A DNA stretch of 64,000 nucleotides from an uncultured bacterium (GTDB lineage Bacteria; Patescibacteriota; Saccharimonadia; UBA4664): the NCBI GenBank assembly GCA_963720265.1, contig CAVRET010000001.1:325916-389915 (forward strand), given 5' to 3'. Below are positions 31,701-40,900 of the stretch, piece by piece (the stretch's first letter is position 1; every line of letters begins with the position of its first letter). The notes below the pieces were generated by a model. That model was not told the DNA's origin. It was given only the letters and a program-made list of their open reading frames with translations, and made no database searches. Both the position numbers and the translations under genes were made by a program.

Positions 31701-33103
31701 CATACAGCTCAAATAATGGGACCTCTAGTACCTCATCTTTATCGGCTTCTTCAGCACCTGGGCAGGTTGTGTTCGATTATCTGGTTGTTTCAGCAACAGC
31801 CTCCACTACGCCCGCGACGACTCAATCGGGCCAGACGATGCTAAGTAGTGTCACCGACGCTGCTACGAATCTTATCCAGTTTGCCGACAGTGATAGGGCT
31901 GCGTCTTTGTCGAGTGGTAACACCACAATGGGTTGGAATAGTATGGCCAATGCGGGTGCAAACGGTTGGGTTGAGTCGTCTATTGGTCTTAATTCAACCA
32001 ATACGAACGTATCTGAAAACGTGACCTCCGCGGTCGCAAGTATAACCAACAACTGTACGGCTACGGGTAGTGGAGACAGCATCTGTGCGGATGCCTCGAA
32101 TGTGCTTAAGTTGAACCAGCAGTACTCGAATGCAACGGGTGCGGAGTTGCTGCTGCAGAGTGCAGGCACCGGTGACATGCTCGATACAGAAAATGCTGGC
32201 GGTACGATTCTTGACAAGATTATGGCTAATGGGAGTATCGTGATTGGGCCTTCCGGTGGAGGGTATACGCCGGCCACATTAACACTCGGTACTGGAACCG
32301 GCGCTGATCCAGCAGGCGTGGCCGGGGCCATGTATTACAATACAGCGCTTGATGAGTACCGGTGCTACGGCGACAATGGCGAGTGGTCACCATGCGGAAC
32401 GCTGCCGATTGATGCTAGTTATGATTTAAATGAAGACTTTTTGGGCGGGTCGGCGGTCGCTACAACAGCCACTACCGGCATCGGCAGTAATAACTGGACT
32501 GTGACAACGATTGGTACCGCCTGCACTTCGCTCGGCTATGGTGGCAGTGGCGGGCAGTACTTGGTTAGTGCTGCCAGGCCCGGGATATTGACTACGGCAA
32601 CATCCGCCACGAGCGGTGCCGGATGTACGGTGGCACTGGGTGGTGCTGCCGACATGAAAGTGGGGGCCGGGGAAGACATAAAGGCGTCGGTGGGGGTCAG
32701 TAGTGCTTCCGCCCATATTTACCGTGTGGGACTTCTGACTGAAACTAATTCGGCCACTGCGCCCAATTTCGGTGTGTGGTGGGAAGCCGACTCCGGTTCC
32801 GGCCACGCTGGCGCCACCGACTGGCAGTATTGCTACGGGACCGGGTCAGCTGTTACCTGCGGGGATAGTGGTATTGCTATTGGTACGCTGATATGGTATA
32901 GACTTGAGATTCAGATCGTAAGTGCCACGGCTATTAACTACTACATTAATGGCACACTGAAGCCGGTAACAGGCATTACTCTCGGGACGAGTACTGCAGT
33001 TGGTCCTGATATCGTTTGTGCCAATGACACCGGTACGGCTACGGCATTTAGCTGTAATACCGACTACTACCAGTTACGTGCGGATGATGGGGCGCTCAGG
33101 TAA
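19724..33103 (+). CDS. Giant mosaic surface fibre/adhesin 1 (4459 aa; alternative ATG 19775)
   Basis: Signal peptide; INFQGRL...GYFSVQLGS...AAPYAINA N-domain; FN3-like, CBM-like, YadA-head-like and Kelch-like modules separated by STTAFQVQNASG-type spacers. Confidence 0.9.
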   Translation: MIYRSGIRRINKSVLPRMRLTLIGVGLLLGSLAMLVPSTSKASSSSVNGTINFQGRLLTAAGAVVPDGSYNIEFKLYKNGNGQSAGDSGGSPAGSLLWTEDWVYGTGSPDNRVVVKNGYFSVQLGSITALPSNLSLDESNLWLSMNIENPTGATLQCTGFSSNSPTGCSGGDGEMTPMKQLGAAPYAINAANANQVNSYGLSNNFLDLAAPSGISAANGSAGSVPGTVCYTVTATNANGETVATNNSGTVTPGGTHVVNVTWSQVTGATGYKIYRNTSCSFTSGSLFLTTITSGSITTYQDTATSTSAGLPPTTVTGGTVDIQAWSSQTSNLLQLQNSSGTNVLSVDPSGDTTVAGVITVAGGAAQDITTAGAATATAITIQPGTSSTASTGATLNLQGGNDSGTSGVTAGTVAIQGGNATGASGTRNGGNVTIDAGTGANANGSITIGGTASGTNTTGVTVNVATDATASGKTDTINIGTGNGAGGSGTAKAVNIASGTPGGTEINTVLIGSLANASTTTLQGGTSGTGIALTTGSGGTIALTAAGAGNVTVTATNASLNSSGVLNVVGGSAGFNIGGSTTTGNYLRNNGTNFVSSAIQYGDIPTCGGTCNYIGNQITTQSNANFNIKSAASSSVGGAIQGATSQTADLFDLRDSTGANLLSVSAAGNQELGGYEDVSGMGGFGSFGNLLLQSEALDQTGDWTASNITVTANNTVAPDGTTTAEKLAATVSGTHSMTQICTTGCTTNSVTYTYSIWVRADAANNPTNVQLRIDWNNGSGQTGTAATFSATTTWQRFSVTQAVSASGMVSVTPTLLVSTNSVTVYAWGAQLNLGSTPGVYEQTVLSQIIAGEGEALNGYLTIVSPSNGGITRIDGYGNMSLAGQLTTGDMATLNTYTTSDSALQAVQVGSGFTVPTAIIDGGTSPGAGADLLQLQSNGTPVARFNNAGNLFVASAINTQTGGGTLSVQTTGNGAITTGSGLLTDGGNLTVQGTTTTLGATGSANTLGFANTTAATGATIDFASTSVGIGNSLTVQGQTGAATDAGGAVNVYGGTGGTTGGGGLVTIQGGAASATSGSAGGGVDIYGANGTGTSTGGAGGSVAIQAGNGTSSGNNSGGNVTLQAGSASGSGATGSVVVKNAANSSTALQLQDTAGVDVLDGSTSTTNLVSQPDITGSTASSWAVKNGSSAPVGDTSNPYETTSSIKTVASGSTAYSGMQTSTFTSALVPNDYYQLTFWAKCSGTIGTFTFGRQDVSGTDINYTTTTCNTTWQQYWATWQAGGTLTSPNIYIDAGTPANATTIWVDGVTLNQVGGLATGPSNYQPGTVYIPGVIGSPVTFENSANSAGAFQVQNSAGANILNVNTSTSTVTVGSSGNDNVSLAVDNTDGTAAIEVRSGGSASYDTFVGVNSGANNALNVGSTQGYQNTGFGNGALQSNSTGSYNTGLGVYALNANHSGSDNTAVGNGALNVMNGGSDDDALGFQSQYDNSSGSYNVSIGSYSQYYIGGSDNTSLGYHSLTNSSDTTGADNTALGYNAASTDSASGFVSDLNLQNATAIGYDSEVQANNSFILGGQGSNAVNVGIGTTIPLNTLSVSPANYSTGTAEIASTGTTVTGSGTTWTNAMVGMQFIFMNGETGTITAVASTTSLTISASQAATGGFINYRIQTPGFNVTSNGAAFIQATNSSAFAVQNAQGESDLVANTTDSTNFILDSDMVLNSGTSLVDWSAVSSATVTQNTTPTDSYLGNTSMNLTTTNASSGQGATTTAFTPSLPTGSGTVYTVSFEAMMSTGTYAASNLKMIATGGGTPSCTGSASETINANGFQQVSCTWAADSGTISGLSILDQTANAMTMYIDDVQLQTGTAATAFNLGTLQLKGVITSPVAVQNVVNSTTALQVQNASGFNVLTVDTLDNSGQGQVILGAASHNNGALVFDNSTNSNTVSLVSGATSGSGYSLTLPTSGPTYNQCLQTGNSSTTQLQFGPCATANANLTKVAESDEHSGNALTFTPSKIGDEIVLFYSSTTASVTVSAMNTTSGTGVTTWTKVTSATGTKGDVDMWMGQVTGTGSTTVTATVTGSPSTFELTQIEYTTSGVSSGTVWQMTNSNTNYITVATTTVTWPSFVAPASQEAYVGYDSNVGGTPSTSGTGPFTYTLTGANNMWVYDSSTVYGSTYAPTTTVASSFPETIGGLLIAYNPSSISNSTATQVANFNVQAATSGSVAGLLQANAAGSGDILDLENGSGNLVDNVTSNGVLQVQSASGVNVLTADNTIDAVTLGGAAAPSYVNEWEANSTSGYPTISAFSPTTIGDVMVVAIKTVPGNKVTSVTDTDVSAWHYVTYNNGNVHEELWYGTITSTASTTMTFNSISGTPCTAGVSCEIVAEEFTAGLGANTNWFATTSNTTTTGSPSSTISFPSLKATVTNGLYWGFAYSGGTAGSCITGGFTCLTTPKGNDVIYDPTMVNGTTYSPTANNTSNVYDTLGMILVASTSNLNVVGTTQLNGAVTSPVVFANSVNSATAFQIQNASGADAFLVDNTNSGLVQSDDTLQIGPGSPGTTTPKFLYLSDVTSNGAGNPLIIGQWNSPGNWGIGPNSNANDNTLRLGVTTANGVNTWSTTQNVSLLVAGTLAVQPTSGNDSTSAFQVASSAGTNLVNVDTANGNVNLGISSSTPALGDTAGSGTADTVYANTIHAGRFQASYTGPITSISAYVGQGGLDGTNKLYQVALYTDTTCFGHQCPGTYIASSAQGTLSGSATWDTAAVSATVTAGTYYWLAYTSNSTITNDNTLSYNTAAAGSLDEETGFTFGSGPSNGFPTTFVYQPPQAGYSYSIYATYGSGYATTINSSGTLTQNAAAVFKDETSSATALQVQNTDGESVFQTGTTQAVDGITNYVADSEFALGSGACPLTDWSVVGSPTTCAQNTTAANSYEADTSLQLVTTASAGQGASTSTFTATPTTTSSGQGSIWTVSFYAEQTSGTTPITGANLTAATTGVVSSNTCTINGSTSTPLSATGFAQVVCTLTYSSGGNITGLTIETSGTVTADTIYLSNVQYQVGTATTGFVTAPQIGQLSLRGVINTPIEMQNNANSSTAFQIQNAGGNALVDVNSNNVNINTTSVNGTGLSTVNSAKEWSVLESTTVVANPATNSYTWTNGVSPHTVGNVMVMGIGIASTTFSVSSITGGGVTNWHKITANAPGTTDHTELWYGTVTSAGTTNVVINFSGTVNVPTELINQEFTAGLGAGTNWSVTTSGQQSNGSSTSMTFPSLTSGANGGIYVGYGNEAANNATVGTSPGFTFEPTPTNLDMYLYNPSLAANTVYQPIAGITGAAVSNVTGAILTASADNTFSTNGSTVVGGAASQTAFQVQNASGGSVFNVDSSNNIISLESGYSGTIGSWQPDTNSLPAIMGTGAAVAANGYVYEESGSNNGTVNGDLYSAKLNPDGTVGTWSAALTVPSTPVKFEATVATNGYIYELGGTNNGGTDQSTVQYAQILPNGTLGAWSTTTVLPALTSRAAAVAANGYIYVIGGDTAGGTTGSTIVYYGKVNADGTISNWTTGGALTAASRDIQAVYANGYIIAAGGGDGTNAQTTVQTSAVPAAGGANGAFSTTGDTALTGGRAQATMGVANGYVYVVGGRNTDSTNAPQTSTYYGQLNSAGQIGSWSSVSTADALPIPVFGHSMVTVNGYMIIMGGFNSSGTLVSGVYTATTARIAVDASLDLVGSSSGTLADGGDQSTGSSGGSLTAGNTNIVGSLQVADQADFNSNISVDGNLVQDGDSYENSSQTTGTAFTLTDSSLTTGTLATFTTGTSTTNLTSGNLVNVATVSAVQSAGSLVNVSNTANLVTSAGSDAANLVNVSRSLTATISGGTSNVPTVDPAGTGTGPESLNNTTGTNSWSNNFTVASHSNEILLVQVGYIATSCANYHLTSVTYNGTAMTLLSYNQMTNDCVGFYYLLAPTTGSAKALIVNSTASDNFTENISAWYNVNQTTPFTTVGGGAYSSNNGTSSTSSLSASSAPGQVVFDYLVVSATASTTPATTQSGQTMLSSVTDAATNLIQFADSDRAASLSSGNTTMGWNSMANAGANGWVESSIGLNSTNTNVSENVTSAVASITNNCTATGSGDSICADASNVLKLNQQYSNATGAELLLQSAGTGDMLDTENAGGTILDKIMANGSIVIGPSGGGYTPATLTLGTGTGADPAGVAGAMYYNTALDEYRCYGDNGEWSPCGTLPIDASYDLNEDFLGGSAVATTATTGIGSNNWTVTTIGTACTSLGYGGSGGQYLVSAARPGILTTATSATSGAGCTVALGGAADMKVGAGEDIKASVGVSSASAHIYRVGLLTETNSATAPNFGVWWEADSGSGHAGATDWQYCYGTGSAVTCGDSGIAIGTLIWYRLEIQIVSATAINYYINGTLKPVTGITLGTSTAVGPDIVCANDTGTATAFSCNTDYYQLRADDGALR

Positions 33104-33113
33104 TTAGGGTATG

Positions 33114-33719
33114 CTAGTTTTTATCCGGGGCCAGGTTATCAACAATTGACCGCATCGCATCCGCACCGATTGGCTTTGGAGCATTGATGAGGATCCAGGT
33201 ACCATCATTGGTAAACAGCGCTCCGGTGGTACGGTCAACAAGATCCGAAATGTAGGCGTGGCCGTACTCGTTATTGTAGACGGCATCTGCCTTTAGTGTG
33301 CTGGTGTCGAAACCTGGCGGGATCGCTTCCTCGGTAAACGCTAGCGTGTTACCGGCTGAATCCTCCATGCCGAATTCGAGTACGTTGTCTTGATAGTCGA
33401 CGGTACCGGCTTCGAGATTGAAATTGGAGGTAAAGTTTGGTTTAAAGTAGTAGAGTGTGAAGCCGGAAGCTTGGTTGACGGCGGATTGCGGAAGGGCGTC
33501 GGGTGGTTGTTTGGGCGACTGGGCAGGGATGAGAGCAAAGGCTGAGCCGACAGCTGCCAGCGCTATCACGATGGATCCGGCAACTATGAGAGATTTTCTC
33601 GAGGGCACACTGATGTGCGGCAAGGTGAAACGGCGAGCTGCATTTCTCCCCCGTTTTAGCATTTTGAGCCTTTGCTCTAGTTCTTCTGGTGCTCGTTCGG
33701 GTATAAAACGCTTGATCAT
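33114..33719 (-). CDS. Single-TM exported partner protein (MIKRFIPERAPEELEQRL family), paralog of 49156..49770
   Basis: Start ATG 33719 set by homology with the second copy; the longer ORF is antisense to 33819..34547. Confidence 0.8.
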   Translation of the reverse strand: MIKRFIPERAPEELEQRLKMLKRGRNAARRFTLPHISVPSRKSLIVAGSIVIALAAVGSAFALIPAQSPKQPPDALPQSAVNQASGFTLYYFKPNFTSNFNLEAGTVDYQDNVLEFGMEDSAGNTLAFTEEAIPPGFDTSTLKADAVYNNEYGHAYISDLVDRTTGALFTNDGTWILINAPKPIGADAMRSIVDNLAPDKN

Positions 33720-33818
33720 GCTTACTAGATTACACGAAATGGCGGGCGCGGCCAGTGGCGGAGTTTGGACGGCTTTAAGCGTAAGGAGTATATTCAGAAT
33801 ACTAATGTGAGGTGAGGC

Positions 33819-34547
33819 GTGGTTAATATGGGCAAGTTTGTGCCGCGTAAGAGCGGGTATGTGATCGGTTTGGTCGTGGCGTCGCTTGTGGGTGGGTTGG
33901 TGTCTGCTGCTGCTTTGGCAGCGATTCCGGATGCAAGTGGGTTGATCCATGGATGCTATAACACGAAAAGTGGTGCCATGAAGGTTATTGATGGCTCGAC
34001 GGGATCGTGCACCAATAAGCAGACTGCGCTCAATTGGTACCAGGGCGGCACACCGGTTGTGCAAGATGCTAACGGGCAGGCGCTTGGAACATTGATGATG
34101 TCTGGACTTAATGCCTCTGGCTTTGCTCCTAGCCCTACTGCGGTGTTCAATTCGCAGCTCAGCCGAGTAGTATATATAGGCATAAGCGCAGCAGATAATA
34201 CTAGCCTGCTCGTTGGCTATCCGGACGGTAGTTCTGTGGGCGGTTCTACCTATGACATATACTTTCAAAGTTCTGATTGCACGGGGCAAGCTTATGTCGT
34301 TAGCCAGGGCCCTGCTCTGAAAACCTTGCTTTTGAGCTGGCAAACAAGCTCCGGTACCCAAAGTTACGACGTTGTTGCTGATAATGCGCAACCACAAAGT
34401 TTCACTGCTAATAGTCAGGATTACGCTGGAACGTGTCAGAACGGTGCACAGCTTGGCTTGCCACATACTGTTTCGGGGGCATACCAGGCGACTGAGGTGA
34501 GCTTGCCATTCAGCGTGCCGGTGGCTACTCCCTTACAGTTTAACTAA
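33819..34547 (+). CDS. Secreted hypothetical protein (AAIPDxSGxIHGCY N-domain)
   Basis: Signal peptide ending ALA; IHGCYNTKSGAMKVID...C...ALNW and YFQSSDCTGQAY motifs. Confidence 0.75.
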   Translation: MVNMGKFVPRKSGYVIGLVVASLVGGLVSAAALAAIPDASGLIHGCYNTKSGAMKVIDGSTGSCTNKQTALNWYQGGTPVVQDANGQALGTLMMSGLNASGFAPSPTAVFNSQLSRVVYIGISAADNTSLLVGYPDGSSVGGSTYDIYFQSSDCTGQAYVVSQGPALKTLLLSWQTSSGTQSYDVVADNAQPQSFTANSQDYAGTCQNGAQLGLPHTVSGAYQATEVSLPFSVPVATPLQFN

Positions 34548-34686
34548 GCCTTGTGGCGTTGAGCGCTTGCAGCGACTTAAAGCTCTGTGGCAGTGCCTCG
34601 GCTTGTTTCTTGGTGAAGCTTGAAATGTTGGGTATGTGCATTGGTCACCTGACTCCATAGCGGCATAGGTAAAAACTGCGGCAACA

Positions 34687-34716
34687 GCCCGCCTGAACCG
34701 GCGGGTCTTTGCTTTT
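34687..34716 (+). terminator. Intrinsic terminator-like hairpin with T tract
   Basis: gcccgcc-tgaacc-ggcgggt followed by ctttgctttt. Confidence 0.6.
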
Positions 34717-34910
34717 GAAAAGTGTGTTGTGTATTTTGCTAGTTGATTTGTGTGAATTTCTAAAAACCAGATATGGGCGTGATTGTGCAACATGACAATT
34801 ATTCACACAGTTTTCGATGTGATGAAAATGCCTTTGCGATGGTAAAATTTATTACTATAATGCTTGCGCTTTGTGAGGCTGGCATGTAAAATTAACAACG
34901 TATGTAGTTT

Positions 34911-37900
34911 GTGAGGAATTGGTCTCTGTACGGCGCTAGAACAAGTCGCCACGTTGTCCAAAACATGCTACGCATCTCCCTGGCTTTCGTTGCTGTAGGG
35001 CTTGTTTCGGTCTCGCTTTTGACAGCGGGCACAGCTCGCGCTACCTCAGGCACGATTAATGATACAATGAATTTCCAAGGGCGACTGCTGACGGCGGCCG
35101 GGGCAGTGGTGCCGGATGGAAATTACAACATTGAATTCAAGATTTACAAGAATGGTGACGGGCAGTCGACTGGGGACACAACCGGGAGCCCGTCCGGGAC
35201 GCTTTTGTGGACCGAGGATTGGCTTAATAACAACTCCGTAACGGCTAATACCATTCCTGTGGTGATCAAGAACGGCTACTTTTCGGTACAGCTGGGCTCG
35301 ATTACGACACTACCGAGTACCGTTACCTTGGACGAGAGCGTGCTGTGGCTGTCGATGACGGTGGCCGGTAGTGCGGGCGCGACCTCGACGAGCTGTACGA
35401 CGTTTTCGGCCTGTAACTCATCAGGTGAGCCGGAAATGCTGCCAATGAAATCGCTGTCGGCGGCGCCGTATGCGATTAACGCAGCTAACGCCAATACGCT
35501 GGGCGGGCTCACGAGCAGCCAGTTTATCCAAAACACCACCTCGCCGCAGTCGAGCGCGAACATCGACATTGCGTCCGGGAATGCGGCGGATCCGGCGGCC
35601 AAGCTTCAGCAGGCCTCGTCGGCCACGGCGCCGGTGCTCACACTGGAACTTGGCGGTTCACCGGGCGTTGGCGGCGATTTGCTCGATTTGCAGGACTCGA
35701 GCACTGCTGTGCTGGATAAGTTTGATTCGAGTGGGAATCTGACGCTTGGTAATAATTCCAATAAAACGATTTCGGTGGCGCCGGCAGCTTCTGGGGGCGG
35801 CAGCAGTCTGACACTCATGGCCGGTAATGGTGCGAGTGGTACAAATGCCGGCGGTAACCTGATACTTGAGGCGGGCGCCTCCACGGGCGGTGCGGCCGGC
35901 GGCAGCATTATTGTGAAGCCGCAGACTGATTCCACGACTGCTTTCCAGGTGGAGAATGCCTCAGGAGCTGCTCTCCTTACCGCTGACGCTGCTAACACTG
36001 CCATTGTTTTAGGCCAAGACACGACACCAACCAACCTAACGGTACGTGGTGGTATCGCATCCGGATCGAACGTCGGTGGCGGTAACATCACCTTCCAAGC
36101 TTCCAATGGTACGGGTGCTGCCGGTTCAGGGTCATTTGTCTTCCAGACCGCAGCTCCGGGCGGAGGTATTACGCTTGATAATACATCGTACACGGGTGGC
36201 AGCGGCAATATCACACTTAGCTTCACGACCGGCAGCGGTAGCAATCGATTGCTCATGGTACAAGCCGAGACCAATGCTAGCCGGTCCTTCAGTGGCATAA
36301 CCTACAACGGTGTGTCGATGACGCAAGTTGCCACTGAGAATTCTCTGACCAATGACGATGGCGTTGGGGCTCATGTGGAACTCTGGTATCTCGTGAATCC
36401 TGCCAGCGGTACCCATAACATCGTTGCTACCATGGTCGGTTCAGGTGCCGGTTCATTGGCTGCCGCCAGTTTTACTAACGTCAATCAGACGACACCGCTC
36501 GGCACAGCCGCGACCGGGAATGGTACGGCTTCGGGGACGCAGCAGAGCAGCCTGTCAGTGGCGACCTCGGCCGGACAATTGGTGATTGATGGGATTGGCA
36601 CTGACGTGCCGAGTTCAGGCGTGGGTGTTGATAGCCCGCCGGCCAGTGGCCAGACGCAATTATGGTATTCGGCCAATTCCCCCAGCCTTTATGGCGCCGC
36701 TGGATCGACGGCGCCGGGTACTGGTTCGACGGTATTCATGAAGTGGAACGTCACGAACGCTGACTGGGCCGATATCGCGGTTCCCATTAACCCGGCCTCG
36801 AATTCAACGGCCGATACTCTGAACAATGACCTGGTGATCGCAAACAGCGGGAACGTCGGGATCGACAACTCTAGCCCCCAGAATACGCTCGATGTGAGCG
36901 GCACGGCGAGGGTGCAGTCAACCACAAACTCGGCGACGGCTTTCCAAGTGCAGGATGCGAGTGGTTCAAGTTTGCTTGATGTCGATACGGCCAATACGGT
37001 GGTAAATGTTGGTACCGCCGGAAGTACCGCCGTCAATGTGGGCGGCACAGCGGGTTCGATTGGGCGAACTTCGATTGGGTCGGTACAGGATGTGGGTGCG
37101 AATAATCTGATCGTCGGTTATCAATATACTGCTCCTTCGACCGGAAGTATTGGCTCAATGTCGGCATATATTGGCGCAAACGTTCAGTCATCACCATACA
37201 ACCAATATCAATTTGCTTTGTATTCAGACAATGGCAGTAACGCGCCAAACGCGTATTTGGCTTCGTCGGCGGTCGGGACGGAGGCCGCGAATACCTGGAA
37301 CACCTTGCCAATCTCGTACAGTGTCACTTCAGGAACCAAATACTGGCTGGTTATGTGGACGAATACTACCAACTCAGCGGACAACGCGCCAAACGGAGAC
37401 ACTAATGTAGCGAGTTCATATGTTGCTTATACCACTGGCCAGACTTTTGGCAGTGGACCCGATAACGGTTTCCCCGCCACATTCCCTACGCCAACGTACG
37501 ACGCCAGCCAATACCCCGATAGCGTATATGCGAGCTACAATAGTACTTCCGGTCCGGCGGTGACCGTGAGCTCGACAGGTACTCTTGGTGTATATGGTTC
37601 GGCCATATTTGAGAGCGGCAGCGATTCAACCACCGCATTCCAGATCCAAAACGCCAGTGCCGCGAGCCTGTTTAATGTGGACACTTCAAACGATGTAGTC
37701 GACGTTGGCGCTACCGGAACCACAGGTCCGTCCACGACCGTCAATATTGGGACATCGTCGAATGCTGCTCAAACGGTAAACCTTGGGTCGACGGACGGCG
37801 CCAGCGCTACTACCATTCAGGGCGGTACTGGCAACGTGTCCATTAACACCGGAGCGGGTTCTGGCAGTACCGGCTCGATAACCGTCGAAAGCGGCAATTC

Positions 37901-40900
37901 ATCGGGCGGTGATTCGGGCAACATTACTGTCGATACCGGCACTAATTCGCCGGGCGGAACAGTGGTTGAGGACGACACGTTTGAGGGCAGCGGGACGGGT
38001 AGTGTTGACGGCTACACGAACAACGATTCGAGCGTAACGCCGACGGCCAGCAACACGACCGCTCACGGCGGCAGTTACAGCTTGAAGCTGACTGAGGCCG
38101 GGAGCTACTGGTACGCATTCAACGCTGGAACTCAGTCTGTCACCCCGGGCCATGTGTACGCGTTCTCGGCGTGGGTCAAGGCCGCTAGCACCAGCGAGAC
38201 AATGTCTGGCTATCTTTACTGGGCTTGTGGCGATGATACGTATCACGCTTGGGGATTCGCGACGGCCGTGTCGTCGGGTTGGACGCAAATGACCGGGACG
38301 CTCACGGCGCCGGCTGTGAATTCCGGCTGCAGCCCAGGCACTGAGACGGTGTCGATGGGTATTACGGACAATACCTTTGGTGGTTCGAGCGGCGAGATTC
38401 AGTACCTGGACGACGTGACCGTGACAGATGAAAGCTTGATTACTGAGCCATCGGTTGATATCGGTACTTCGAATGCGCAGGCTGTTAATATTGGCGGCAA
38501 CAACGCTGGCCAGTACGGCCCCACAACAGTTGAAGGCGGCGGGGGCATTAGTTTACTGGCAGGAACCGGCGCTTCGGTAAACATTGGCACTTCCAACTCG
38601 AATAATGTGACGGTTGGCGACGCCTCAGATATAGACTCGACGACGCTGCAGGGTGGAACGCTGGGAGTGTCCATTAACACGGGAGCGCAGTCTGGCACCA
38701 CCGGCGCGATTACCCTTGAATCGGGCAACTCGAGCGGCGGCGATTCCGGCAACGTCAATATTGACACCGGCACCAACTCGCCCGGCGGCACGCAGGTCCA
38801 GGACGACACGTTTGAGGGAAGTGGGTCAGGTAGTATGGACGGCTACGATAACAATGACGACGGCTTGAGTGCTATTTCGGCAAGTAATACCACTGCCCAC
38901 AGCGGCAGCTATAGCTTGAAGGTGACCGAGAGCTCGGCGTACTGGTTTGCAAATACCAGTGAGGACACAACCGTAACATCGGGGCACGTGTATGCCTTCT
39001 CAGCTTGGGTGAAAGCTGCCAGCACGGGGGAGTCAATAGATGCCAATGTGTACTGGGGCTGCAGTATAGGTGGCATTGTCCAATGGGGGTCAGCCACTTC
39101 CACTTCGTCCGGCTGGACGCAGATCACCGGTACCGCGACGGCGCCGGCTTTGTATCCCGGCTGCATCCCCGGTGACGAATTCGCGCAGCTTACTTTTGGT
39201 GGCATCGCCGGCACCAGCGGGCAGATCGAGTACATAGATGATGCGACGATAACAGATGAGAGCTCAATTACTGAGCCGTCGGTAAATATCGGGACATTGA
39301 ATGCGCAGGCCGTGAACATAGGCGGCAACAACGCTGGCCAGTACGGCCCCACAACAGTTGAAGGCGGCGGGGGCATTAGTTTACTAGCCGGGTCCGGCGC
39401 CCCGATAACCATTGGTACAGGCAACAGCAACAACGTGACAGTCGGCGACGCCTATGATGAAGACGCGACCACGCTGCAAGGCGGCAGCAACGGAGTGAGT
39501 ATCAATACCGGCGACAATTACGATGGTACCGGCTCGATCTCGATCACGACCGGAAATTCTACCAGCGACACGGCTGGCAACATTACCATTGATACCGGAA
39601 CGAGTACGTTCAGTGGGTCGCAGGTGGAGGACGACGACTTTGAGACTGGGACGGATACCTTTGGCTGTTGGTTTGGCTGCGTATCAGCCACCCAATCGGC
39701 GGCGGAGGCCCACGGCGGTTCCGACAGCTTGGCGGTGGCCGAAGATGGCAGCGGTTCGTGGGGTGTGATCGAGGGCTACCCTGGCGTGGCTGCCACCCCG
39801 GGACATGAATACGCCTTTACCGCCTGGGTGCGGGGCACGGCGGCGGAGACGGTTAGCGCCGACGCTTTTTTCCCAGGTTCCGTTGGCCCCGGTGACACCT
39901 ACGACACTGTGACCGATAGCACGAGCGGCTGGACTGAACTTACCGGCGATATGACTGCTCCGGTAGGAGCAACTAACGTATATCTTGGCTTCACCGGTGG
40001 CACCGCCGGCGGTGGGGCGACGGATTACATTGATGACATAACGATCACTGACCTTGGCACAGTTTCGGCGCCAAACATCGCAATTGGTGGGACTAATGCC
40101 CAGCAAGTCACCATCGGCAACGAGAACGAAGGCGGCTACACGAGTATATATGGCGGCGGCGACGGCATTTCGCTTCAAACGTCAAACGGCGGGACCGTTG
40201 CGCTCGGTACGGTAAACCAGTCCAATATTAGCATCGGCGCCGTTGGCAGCAGTACTGAAGATGACGTGGTGCAAATCGACGACACGTCGGGTGGCGGTAC
40301 GAGTATCGTGGACATTGGCGGCACCGCGACTAATGACGGCTCGGATACCGCCAGTACGGTTAACATTCAAGGTGGCCAAACCGGTCTCGTGGTAGCCAAT
40401 GCCGGTGCCACCCTTCAGACCTACACCGATTCCACTACCGCCTTACAGGTGCAAAACTCAAGCGGCGGCGATGTTCTAAACGTCGATACAACCGATGGCC
40501 AAGTCACAGCCGGTAACACCAATACTGCTCGAGCGGAACAGGAATGGGACTCGCACGGTACAAACCAAGCGACACTATCCGACGCGCCTCAGGCTGATGG
40601 CGATTTGCTGATGCTGGCCGTATCGATACCTTCGACCTCAGTTACTGTCTCGTCGGTGTCCGGTGGCGGCGTGAGCAGCTGGAGCAATGCGACTTCGTAC
40701 ACCGACAGCACGGTTGGTTACCGCACCGAGATTTGGGAAGGCACGGTGACCGGCGCCGGCGCCGGTACTATTACGGTCAACTATTCTTCAACGCCGGGGG
40801 GTGGTTGTGAGCTGGCCGCGCAAGAGTTTAGTGCCGGTGTGGGTGCTGGTTGGTCAGTTGTAGCCACTGGACATGCCGTTAATTCTTCGTCGACGACCGT

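Noticed and set aside
33720-34466. N-terminal 249 aa of the 450-aa ORF
   Set aside because: Antisense shadow of the 33819..34547 gene; the paralog at 49770 fixes the true start at 33719.
34548-34910. Riboswitch or replication origin in the AT-rich intergenic region
   Set aside because: Only one terminator-like hairpin and a single TTATTCACA box (34799-34807); no aptamer consensus I can support. An Rfam/Infernal scan would settle it.
38493-39385. Diversity-generating retroelement TR/VR pair
   Set aside because: The copies are identical and in-frame, with no adenine-specific mismatches and no reverse transcriptase in the window.
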